In this document: piece by piece, positions 13,369 to 24,434 of the stretch
How positions within the stretch are numbered: position 1 is the first letter of the stretch
How the letters are laid out: the number at the start of each line of letters is the position of its first letter
DNA from: Raillietiella orientalis
Lineage: Eukaryota
Length of the DNA: 64,000 nucleotides
Assembly (NCBI GenBank): GCA_036172245.1
Contig: JAYWIR010000034.1
Location: 1,984,001 to 2,048,000 of the forward strand
Direction of reading: 5' to 3'
Position numbers and translations under genes: made by a program
Notes under the pieces: model-generated
Told to the model about the DNA's origin: nothing
Seen by the model: the letters and a program-made list of their open reading frames with translations, nothing else
Databases searched by the model: none

Positions 13369-13700
13369 GCTCTGGTGGCCGTGTGGCTGCGGCCTCTGTT
13401 CGTGGCACCACCAAACGGCGCAGGTTCGAATCCCTCCCGGGGGGAGAGGGGGAAGGGTCGACACCGAGAAATGGGTGCGGCTTCGTGGGTTTCAAGTTCC
13501 ACCCACAGGATGACTCTGCTTGGCCTGTAGGCTTCGGGTGCGGCGCTCGTGCCATCTGTGCCTCACCCGAAGCCTGCAGGAAGCCAGAAACACACGGATG
13601 CCCCCGTTGAACGTCCTCCGGAGTCCTTCCGGAAACCAAGGAAGGGGACGGTTCCCTTAGGGGCTTCCCTCCGGTGGAGCAGATGGAGCCGTCACTCCCC
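13369..13700 (+). repeat. tRNA-derived SINE-like repeat, copy 2
   Basis: A box TGGCCGTGTGG at 13376-13386 and B box GGTTCGAATCC at 13423-13433. The body GTCGACACCGAGAAATGGGTG...TTCGGGTGCGGC...CAAGGAAGGGGACGGTTCCCTTA aligns with copy 3. Confidence 0.7.
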
Positions 13701-14338
13701 CCCTCCTCCCCCGAGAGGAAGGAGGGAGAGAACCACTGTGTACCATGGAGCTGTTCAAGACTTCTCCAGAATGTCAAGTCCTGCCGGAAGTCTGGACACA
13801 AGTCCAAGACTTACAGGAGGCCAATTTCCCCTGCCGAAGGGTGGCGATCCCGCCTCCGGAAGCGGGGCTGATACGAGCGCGGGACTCCTCGAGCCAGAGA
13901 AAGTCCCATGCTTCGACGCGGAGGAAGCGATGGAAGGGATACAGGCAGTCCAGTTGCCTCAGGTGCCCGTCGTCCCTGACACCGACATCTTGCCCTCCCT
14001 GCAGGCGGATGCCGACGTCACCTCCCCAGCCTTGACTCCGGGAATTGCCACCTCTCGCCGTCGTCTGTGGAACGTCTGTTGAGACGTCATCGGGCTGGGT
14101 GACGACGACAAGGGGCAGTCACCCTGCAGTCTTTAGGTCTGGTGCTGCTGCAGGAGGTTCACTTCATCACCGCAGGCCACAAGCGCAGGAATCGCAAGGA
14201 TGTCGGGAGGGCGGCTGCTGTGGACACTGCGGCTCCCGACAGTCCTTCAACGGCCGGTTGAAGGAGGGGTGGCCTTCCTCCTTCAACCAACCAATTTTCG
14301 TGTGCCCCGAGTGGGCAAGCGACCGCAAAAGTGAGTGA

Positions 14339-14850
14339 ATGACCAGTGTGGTGCAAGATGGAAGCGCCAAAACCACCCAGATCGACCCACCACCGAGGTC
14401 CCAAGAGGAGGGAGAAAACTCGATGGATGGAAATGGAAGCGGATCCATTGATAGAGCAAGCGATACGACGGCTGCTGCGAAAGAGAGCAAGGCACCCGCA
14501 GCGCCATCGTACACGAGCGTGGCCTCTTCGATCCCATCCGCAAAGCCCGTGTCTTTCACGGTATTATCGTCAGGAGAATGATCAACGATTCAGGCCTCTT
14601 CAGGAATTTCGGCCCCAAGGTGACCGTCGTCACCTTCCTTATGGACAGATTAACAGACAAGGCCCCCCATCGTGAAGTGGCCCCCAGAGTGTTGGAACAG
14701 TGGCACTCTCCTCCTGAAGTGGCAAAAGACGGCATTGCTGTTGTCGCACTGGGGGATCCCATGCAGAACACGCCTCTTTCACTGGACATTTGGGAGCGTG
14801 GATGCCTGTTGTGCAGTGTGGAGAAAGGGAAACCTCCCCGCACCTAATCA
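14339..14850 (+). pseudogene. Possible LINE ORF1 N-terminal fragment
   Basis: A low-complexity N-terminus with SYTSVA, resembling the SYAxVA motif common in L1/Tx1 ORF1. It lies inside the retroelement cluster and is interrupted at 14581. Confidence 0.3.
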
Positions 14851-15384
14851 TGGACTCTGTCGATCTCGGAGCACTGTGACTCTCGTTGATGCTCAAAATC
14901 CCGATGGGCGACTCCAAAAACATTTTCCGTAGCCTCTTCATGAGTGACACCTTGTCCCCAGCCGTATCTCTAGCATTTCTATGCTGTGTGCGGCATCGTG
15001 ACAAAGTGAAACGCGAAAAGAGACCACAATAGCAGGGATGCCATATACTGGGCGAAAATCTTCTTGAAGACCGCTTCCCGATGGTCCCAACTTCGAGAAA
15101 AGATAACAGAACGTGCAGCACCGGTAACAGGATGCAGAGGATATCTCTTGCCAAATAGTAATCCCTTCCCTCCCCATGAAATATTCCCCTCCCTTTTTCT
15201 CTCATTTTTTGTTTCTTTTTTTTTTTGTTTGGTTTCCCTTCCCCTTTGCCGCTGGAGAGGACTTCAACCTCGGTCTCCGTATCGGTTTTGGCAAGTCTTT
15301 CGCGCAGCGTAGAACCGAGTACTCTACCACGATATTGTAAAAGTCGACTTTATTATGGAATTTTTTATGAAATTCTAATAATAA

Positions 15385-16410
15385 ATGCCCCTGCAAATCA
15401 GCATGACAAACAAACGAGGTGCGCAATATTTCCCTCTCGATTCATCGCAAGCAGATAAGCTTCAAGTTCATCAAGGTAATCGTGCCATTCGTCAGAGGAT
15501 TCTCCATGTACACGGACGACCAGGACGTCTTCGACGATCTCGTCAAGAACGGGCTGTCCATCAGCAAGAGGATCCTCCGAGGAATTTCGGAGCACGCGGC
15601 TACGAAGATCTACCTGTCAGACCTGCATCCGATGATGGAAGTGCAAGCAGTGTTCGCCCACTTCCGGCAGCACGGCAAGGTCGTGCAACTCGAGGAGAAT
15701 GGCTAACACGAAGATACCTTTGGGGGGGGAAGCCTTCCTGAAACTCAGGATGTCGGAAGGCGCGCAAATCCCAAGCCTCGTCCGCATCGATAACCACCCG
15801 ACCTATCGGGTGCAACCTGACTTCTACTGCACCTGCGTGGTCTTCGGACACGAGGCGGCGACCTGCCCTGACCGCAGGTGCAGGTACTGCGGCAAACCCA
15901 GGCACGCGGACTCAGAGTGCGAACATCCCAAGTGATGTTATTTCTGCAAAGCTGGGTGCCACGAGAGGAAGGACTGCGACAGATACAAGGATTTGCTAGC
16001 CTTCCAGGAAGAGAGGCAGAGGCACAAAAAGAACTCTGCCGACACACTGGAGGAGGTGCCAAACTCCTTCCCCCCGCCGCCGAAAACCCCGCAAGCGGCG
16101 AGAAGACGCCGATAACGCAGAAAAATGTAATTTGAGAGGAGACTCCACGAAAAGCAGCCTCCGCCACCACGACCCCCTCGGGGGAGATCGGGCGCGAGAC
16201 TGCAATCGAAGAGCAGTAGGCAAAGATGGACGGCCTGCGCTCTTCAATCAGCACGATCGCTAATGAGGAGCAGAAGGGGCAGATATTCCAGCAGTCAAAA
16301 GAACTTCTAGAACGCCAGAGAGAAGAAGCGATCCTGCCGCAGGAGGCGATGCACCTGATCTTCCAGGTGCATCGCCTCCTGCCTCATCTCCCTCGTCCTT
16401 CCGAATGACG
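15385..16410 (+). pseudogene. L1/Tx1-like ORF1 (gag-like, tandem zinc knuckles), disrupted
   Basis: An RRM-like stretch (TKIYLSDLHP...VFAHFRQHGKV) is followed by the knuckles CTCVVFGHEAATC and CRYCGKPRHADSEC and a third broken CYFC. It is frameshifted and lies directly upstream of the APE-RT ORF2. Confidence 0.75.
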
Positions 16411-16652
16411 ACAGAAGAAAGGGGAAGGAAAGACCGCCGCCGGCGGTGCTGAACGGCACCGAGGGGTGAGCAGCTCCGGAAGAAGAAGAGAGCGCGGCGA
16501 GCTGCTACACCTCGGAAGAGAATATCCCGACGAGGAGGTAGCGGCGGTACAGCAAGTCAGGAGTCAGAATAGGAGAGACAGACTCTCCTAGAAAATTTGG
16601 GCGCATTTGTCGAAAAAGAGGAGATTCGATCAAAGAATCCAGCCGTCCGAGA

Positions 16653-19600
16653 ATGGCGCAATTCCTATCATCGATCCGGAAGATCGGGTTCGCATGCTGA
16701 AGCATCAACGGATGCACGAACCCGATCAGGAGGAGACCTCTTGCAGAAGGAGGTCATCTGCTACCTGCAGAAAACTCACTTCCTGACACAATCAACACAC
16801 GGAGAACTATAGAGAGATCTCCAAGTGGATATCCACGTGAATCAGGGCTCAACCAGTCGCAAAGGCGTCGCGATCCTCGCAAAGAGGACCCTCGCACCAA
16901 CCATCCTGGAGGTGTTCCACAGATGGGCAGGCCGCGTCCTGGGCCTGCCTAATGATGGCGTGGTCCGGAAGCGAACACCTGTTTGTGGTGAACCTGTACG
17001 GACCACTGTTTGACAAGCAAGCCTTCACGAATGCCCTAGTGGAGTTGGTCAAGAACAAGACCAGCCCGAAGGACATCGTCGTGATCGCAGGCGACTTTAA
17101 CGTCCGTCTGGACGGCAGCCGCCACGACGAGTCTGGAGTGCATAGCGCCTACCGACACATGGTGGAGGAACTCGCCCTCCTGAAAATAACGCGCATCGGC
17201 CACGTCATCTATTCCGAAGCGCTCACCAACCGCATCCAGGGATCCAAGAACTGAACACCAGCATCTCGAACCAATCCCTGTTGAAATGGAGAATGGCGTC
17301 TCGGAATCTCAGGAAGGGGAACGCGGTGCTCTGGGCGGTGGTGCGCATGCCCGAGTGGTACGTGCGTTTGCCTTCATACCAGCGCGTCATGGGGATTATC
17401 CTGGCCACGACGAATATCTTGAGCGTGGGCGACTGGGACACCCTCGATCACACCGTGCATCTCTTCTCGAACCTTCAATACGGCGAGCGGGATTTCCGCG
17501 GGGAAGCCTAAAGGAAGACCCACCAACTTCACCCCTCCCACTCTGCGTACTCGGAGGAGTACCAGAGGCGGCACTTCCTCAACAGGAGCGTCAAGAAAGA
17601 AATCGGACGGCTGGAAAAGCGAAACCTGGCGACGGACATCCTCCGCGTCCGTTCACAGGATCTACACTTTGATACTACACTTCGATCAAAATTGCAGAAC
17701 CTCGGAGCAAGTGCTAGATGCCTTCCAGCACCACTACTCCGAGCTGTTGAAAGAAAGATATCTGGACCCTGGAAGTCAGGAGCGGATTCTCCGCAACGTG
17801 AAGAAGCTCCTGGCTTCCCAAGAACAACAAGACTTGGATGAGGACTTTACAGCCGACGAGATCAAGGCGGCGTTCGACAGACTGCTCAAAAACGCAGCAG
17901 CCCCTGATTGTGTGCTCGTCACGCAATATCAGAGGCATCGGTCTGCCTACCTGCGCCTGTTTCGTCAACTGCTAGACTGAGTCTGCCGAGAAGGACGACT
18001 GCCCTCCTCCTTCCACCGAAGCAGGATGAGGCTGCTCCCCGAGAGCGGCGGGAACCTCCGCAACGTCACCCAGTGGAGACCAACATCTGTCCTGAACTCG
18101 GATGCGAAGTGGATGGCAAAGATCTGGACCAACTGACTGAAGAAATCGCTGAAGTAGGTGGTTTCCCCCACGCAGGAGTGTGCCGTGCCAGGCAGACGCA
18201 TGTGGGATAACCTGAAGTGCGCGCAGAGCCTCCTGAGATACAACTGTATCCTAGGCAACGACCTGGTGCTGGACTTCACTGACATCGAGGACTCGGTGGA
18301 CCACGCCATGCTGCTGAAGATCCTGGGAAAGCTGGGCTTCTAGGGGAGATTCGTGCAGTACGTGACCTACACTCTGAAGGAGGCCAAATTCAAGATCAGC
18401 GTCAATGGGCTCACGCCGCACAACATCAAGATAGGAAGAGGAGTCTGCAAGAGAGACGCCCTGAGCCCCATGCTCTTCGTTGTGTACATGGAGACGGTGA
18501 GCGCCTTTGTCCACCACGAGAGTCGGATCAAGGGTATCACCCTGGGAGAAGAAGAGAACAGCATCATGCACCTGGCCTACGCCGACGACGAGCTCTTCGT
18601 CATGTCGGACGAGCAGGATCAGAAGGCGTTCCTGGGCATCGTTCAGGCCATGGAGTGAGGCCTCGGACTCAAGGTGAATCCCAGCATGTCCCATCTGCTC
18701 GCCGTGGGACTACCGGACGTCACCGTCCTCCACGCCCACGGCTTCCGGATTTCAGACAGCATCAAGTACCTTGGAGTACACATCGGCGATGAAACACCAA
18801 CCCTGTTGTTGCAACAATGGTCGACTATCCTGGACAAGCTACGCGGAGAAGCCAGCCAGTACGTTAGATCTTACTTCTCTCAAAAGGACAAGGCCAACCT
18901 CTGGAACGGGATGATGGCGCCGAAGTTCCTCTTCGCCACGTCTTTTCTCACGATTCCCTCGAGGACGGCAAAAGAGCTAGCCTACATCCAGAGGAACCTT
19001 GTCTGGAACGGTAAAAGACCGAAGACGAAACTAAAGTACCTGTGTCACCCGCAGTCGCAAGGAGGTACCGAATGCGCGACCTCGGCACTGCCGTGAAGCT
19101 TTAGGACCTCAAACATCTGGTCCGAATCATCAGCGCATGGGACAACTGGCCGTTCGCGTTCCATCACACCTACGCAAGACTGGTGCACGGAACCGACGGC
19201 CTCATGTCCGCCATGGAGCTCACCGCGGGAGACTGAAAGAAATTGTACCCAAAGTGGACACGAATCCAGCGTCTCCTGTGGAATCTGAAATTGGAAACCG
19301 TGCCAGGGAGCAAAGAGCTCTGGGAAAAGGAACTCACCAAGGTGATCCCGCATTTCATAAGCGTCCCTTGTGAAACTGGAATATGGATCCATAAGACCGG
19401 AAAGATGACCATGGAAGCATGCAATCGACTGTCGAAAAGCGTGGTTATCCACGTACCAAAAGTTCTCGCGTATAAAAGGAGATAAGTGGGAAGAATAATT
19501 CACAGGACGCGAGAGCTCTGGCAAGACCAAGGCATCCAATGGTTCAGGGTGAACCCCCAAATAAACAACCTGAAAATGCTGGAAGACGTTGCACCGTGCG

Positions 19601-19985
19601 AAGAAATGGGAAAGATGAGATGCAAGCTAGGTAACGTTGCCCTCGACCCACAGGCGATCGGGACGGAGATCCTCCTTGCCGCCTAGCATCCAGGATTGCT
19701 TCCTGATGTTTTATCGCGGAGGCATCCTGCGCGGCACGAGGCTCCTACACTGAACGACGACCAGTGTCCAGCGTGCTGGTTGATCGAAGACGACCTGCAC
19801 ATCTACACCTGCCAAAGTCTCATTCGGGATTGGAGAGTGTGAGGCGGACGGTGAAGATGGAGGACACGTCGACACTGGGGATCCTGCGAGGACTCTTTGA
19901 AGGCGAAGATGGTATTCCCCACTACAACCCCACCGGGCGGGTGATCGTCGCCTTCTTCCTGAGGAGTATCCTCATCAGAAGAACA
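16653..19985 (+). mobile_element. L1/Tx1-clade ORF2 (APE endonuclease + reverse transcriptase + C-terminal zinc finger), pseudogenised
   Basis: APE motifs are ICYLQKTH, KGVAILAK, VVNLYGP and VVIAGDFN. RT motifs are WRPTSVLNSDAK, QECAVPGR, DSVDH, GRGVCKRDALSPMLF, LAYADD and IKYLGVHIG, followed by LCHPQSQGG. There are many stops and frameshifts. Confidence 0.9.
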
Positions 19986-21170
19986 ATACTGGAAGAACAT
20001 GCTTTCGCCGCAAGGGCGAGTCTACTGAATTGGACCTTTCGCTCCAGCGTAAGGAGGCCCAGTACACCAACCTTACACGGAGCACATAAGTCTTTTAGAC
20101 GAATTCGGGACTTCCTTGTGCCCCAAAGGGTTTTCCTCAGGTGATCCTCGGTTCGTTCTTTAATGTTGGGTGGGACGGGACAAACAAAAGGCAGGGGGAA
20201 GAGGTGGGAGCTGCGAACAAGCTCCACATCGCAGCTTGTTTTGGAAAGTAAAACCTGCCGTTTTGGAACGGGTCAAGCTCCATTTCTACTTTTGGTGACG
20301 GCAGGACCAGACTTCTGCTACGCAGAAGTCTCTCAACGGAACGCCAAGGTACTTGAAGTAGCCATCCCTGCGGATCCCCAAGCGGATCCAGTCCGACCAT
20401 GCATCTCACGTCGCACCGACTGGCACCACTGACGATTTCGCTTTGTTCTCCTCCAGGCTCGTCTCGCGGGATAGCAACTCGAAGAAGCCCTTGATGCCGG
20501 GGTGGACATGGGGAGCAGCAGCAGAAGATCGTCAGCATAAGCCGACACAGCAGGTGTGCCCGGACAGGAGCTCGGCAGTGTTGCCAGAGTCTCCCTGTAT
20601 GCTCTCAGCACCAGCTCGAAGTAGATGCTGAAGAGAAGAAGACTCAGGCTGTCACCCTGCGTTATGCCGCTGCGAACGGGCAAGCTATACACGTGCCGGC
20701 CGATGAAACACATGCTGATAAACCGCGAAGTGCCAGCAGGAGCGCGGATGGTTCAGGAACACGTTCAGGAAACACGCGTTCTAGGAGCTCCAGAATAAGC
20801 GCCTGGTCGACACAGTCGAGGTATTTGAGGGGGAACGGGAGTCCCTCCCCCACCTACTTGTGGATTGTGTTGCCCTTCGGCCCCTTTGGCTACTTCGCGG
20901 CCATCGGAATTCCCTGCGGCAACCCCAGGGACTCTTTGAAAGCCCTCTTCGTTGCCGACGCCCTTCGGCCTGCGGCCTCGTTAGCAGCCCTGTGCTGCCT
21001 TCGCGGGATCGTCGCCGCTTGGCGCAAGGCTACGGGAGGACCTCGCGATAAGGGTGCCATCCAGCACGCCGCCGAATTTTTGAAGAGGGCGTCGCGATGG
21101 CTCCATCTGGATCCACGAATGCAGAGAGAGCTTGCCGGCATCCTGCGAAGAATGCAACGGTCCCAGTAGC
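19985..21170 (-). mobile_element. Second L1/Tx1-like RT fragment, inverted against the first element
   Basis: Minus-strand motifs KYLDCVDQ, SGITQGDSLSLLLFSIYFE, VSAYADDLLL and LKDLCAPCKVGVLGL (ORFs 20662-20853, 20333-20713, 19922-20227). Boundaries are approximate. Confidence 0.8.
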
Positions 21171-24100
21171 AACAGTGATCCCTTTCCGTACCCTCCCACG
21201 TTTTCTTTTCTTTTTTAGTTTTTTGTTTATCCCCCTTCCCCCTGCTGCCGTGGTGGACCGCACCGGTCTGCGAACCGGTGACCCGGCAGACTCTGCGTTT
21301 CTTCGTGCGTGGCTGGAGCACTGGTCCAGCCACAGCACGTTTTTAAAGTTTGTTTTTTAAATAAACGCCCCGGCGAAAACCGGATGAAAATCGAGACATT
21401 TGCGCAAATCAACCGCGACTGCAAGGGTTCCCGACGCGTTCTTTCCTTGTTGGCCTTCCCCTCTCTGGTCATAGGAGAATCCAAGATTCTCTTGACTTGT
21501 CGGTGCAACGCGTTGTTGAAACTGTCACCGTGTGCTAGCGAAGAACAGGTTGACCTCCATGGTTCTTTCGGGAACAGCGTAAGTCTGTTCCGGACTGATC
21601 ACAAATTCGGCCACCCGTCTCAGTCGCTCCTGAAAGCGACGAAACAATGGGGGAATTCGGAGGGAAGGCGGCAAGAAGGAAGAAATCGATATGGTGCCGT
21701 CAAGCATCAGGAACGGTCGAGACATCTATTAGAGTCATTGCCTCAGTCACCATCATGAAGTAATCGGAGAATATTCCATTGAACAGCAGGCTTCGCAATC
21801 CGAATCCGATCCAACAAGTTCAGTGATCTCCGTTTTTAAGCCGAGTACTTAAGTTGCTTGGCGTGGAGACTGGGGTTCCAACTGTGGCGAAAAATGGGAT
21901 GGAGTTCGAAATCTCTATGGCTCAGTGTTCTCTCCGTTGCTACTCTTGAGTTTCGTTTACTGGTCATTCTATTTATTTGATATTCCGTCATCCACGAGAG
22001 TTTCTTCGAGGTTTTTCAAGATGTATGCTGCTTTTAAATTAACACGAGTGCATAAATACATGCAAGTGCACGAAAATTATCGCATTTTCATTAAAGAGTA
22101 AATTATTCATGTAAAATACTTCAAGGATGAAAAGATTCTTTGCTTCTCATTCGTTGTGGTTTTATTACTCTTGCATTGCAGATGGGATTTTCCGGTTCCT
22201 ATGCACGTCCCTGAGAACGCTCCACCCAATGATTATTGCAACCACATGGCTCTCAGCTATTCTATTCTCGAGATTTCATGTGAGTGGTTTATGGCGTGAA
22301 AAACGGTCTCCCTATTGATGGAACCAGTTCATTAACAAGGCAGCGGATGTGCTGGGAAACTTACTCATGCACTTACCAAGTGTTCTGATAGCCTGAATGC
22401 AGTGTGTATCTCGAGTGTCATTTTCCCCTATCTTCTCCTTCAGTGGGAACGCTGGTGATGCAGTAACATACAGCGTATCATTAATAATTGGCATTGCTTC
22501 CAATTACCGGAAGACTGCAAGCTATCTGGTTTGAGGTCGACGTGTTTAGAATCCTCAGGATGCCAGAGGCCGGCAGCTTAATTCTGTGCATAGCTTTTGA
22601 GAATAAACTTATTTGAAAAATAAAACGGGAAAACGCAAAGTTAGGAGGAAGCTCCAAGAAATCTTTGCTACGCTGAGGGAATCACATAAAGGTTGGAAAT
22701 CATTGATGCAAATGAACTAAAGAACATACATTTCAAAATAACGGAGTGCAAACAGCTTTTCAATATATACATTTTTTCGTTTTTTCAATACGCCTTTGAC
22801 AATTCTGTGTATTCATGACTATTTTAAAAACTCCTAGAGAATGGTAGGATTCTACAGAAAAGTCCTACAGAATGGAAAGGAAAATCTACAGGAAAACCTT
22901 TTGTGGAGCACAGATCCTTTATAGCATAATCACCTTCACCTTTTATGCATCGTGTGTCATTAATTCGTTTAAAATGCTTACAATGAAGTTAAATTGTACC
23001 AAGCAACATTTTCAAGCAAACAACGTTTTCCCAACATTTGGTATTAAAAGGAGTCTTAACGTATTCATGGGCACAAATTTCAAATTGCGCTTTCCATAAG
23101 TGAACGCATGACCATTTCAGTTGAATTTATTGTTTCTGAGAACTTTGTGATTGTTTATTCTTAATTTGTGCAAGGTTTAAGAATTGTATGTCCCCCAAAA
23201 TCGACTTCAAATAATTCAAAAATCCCAAGGATGAGATGACATTATATGAATACATTTTGCAACATTCTCTTTCACTCAAATAGAAGCGTTTCGTGCCAAC
23301 AAAATAACACGGTAGTCTTCTTTTTTTTTCTTCCGGAACAATCATTAGCTGATAGCATGTAATACTTATTGCAGCAATCGCAAGAATCATTTGGAGCAGC
23401 AAAGAAGTATGTATTAATTCACACATTATTCATCCCAAATGTTAATAAGGAGAAGAAGTTAAAAACTTTAATTTTAAGACAGCAAACGCTCCTCAGAATC
23501 CGTCTATGGGATTAGATCGAGATCTTCGGAAAATCACATACATCTGAATTACAAAAGACAAGCGCGTGTGTACGACTTGAAGTACGTTATGTTGGAAAAC
23601 ACTGGCCAATCTTTTGACTTGAATTTCGACTGTATTTCATGAACGCATGATTAACTGACAGTGGAAGGAAAATTAGATTTCAACTACGTCTTATGATATG
23701 TTCTCCTGTGTCCATTACCAATCACAATGGCAAATGTCATTCAAAGCTTTTCAAATTGGGATAAACTGCTCTCAATACTCTAAACAAATCGTGGAATCGA
23801 TAAATTATTCTCTGTAAAAATCAATTCCGAGCATTTAGATAATTAAAGCCATATCTAAGGGATGCGAACTCATTAAAGTCTCATTAAAATGCACATGAAA
23901 ATCTTGGATCAGTGAAAGGCGCGGTTGTGTATCGAACATCCAGCGTTGGAGTCAGTTTTTATGTTTTTTATGGAGAGAGGAATACAAAGATTACAACTTT
24001 TCTGTTTTACTGCATCTTCCTCTCTGGTTTACCCTTCAGCTTTTTTGAGATTATAGCAACCAATGTTTTTTATCTGCGATTGGACTCTGGCACACATACA

Positions 24101-24434
24101 CTTAACGCAGTGCTTGGTAGTAGGATTGGCAAAGCATCTCTGTGAGTGTTTCTTAAAATTATCTGATCCTTGGAGGGATGTGGAAACGCATTTATGGAGG
24201 GACGAAGTGGAATAAAGCAAGGACAAACTTTCAAGTCAGAGCACAGTAATTTTTGCAAATCACGCACGGGAGTGGAGCATCGAAAGTGACTCCGACCTAA
24301 TTGAATGACAGGTGGTGGCGCGTTTAACGAGTTGGGGCGCCTGGAAGTTGTGGATGTGGTTTGGTTTGGGCACCAAACTGCTTGACCGTTGCGTCGTCTC
24401 CAGTTTTGTTTCGAAAAGATCCCAGTTTTTCAGG

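Noticed and set aside
13369..13445. Genuine tRNA genes (also 11790-11858 and 63505-63580)
   Set aside because: The anticodon and D arms are irregular and differ between copies, and all share a long non-tRNA body. They are better explained as repeat heads.
11876..14340. Long overlapping ORFs such as 12706-13530 (274 aa)
   Set aside because: They are Arg/Gly/Pro-rich on both strands with no domain, as expected from GC-rich repeat DNA.
21420..22600. Possible further retroelement debris, and similar at 30150-30620
   Set aside because: No diagnostic motif could be read with confidence.
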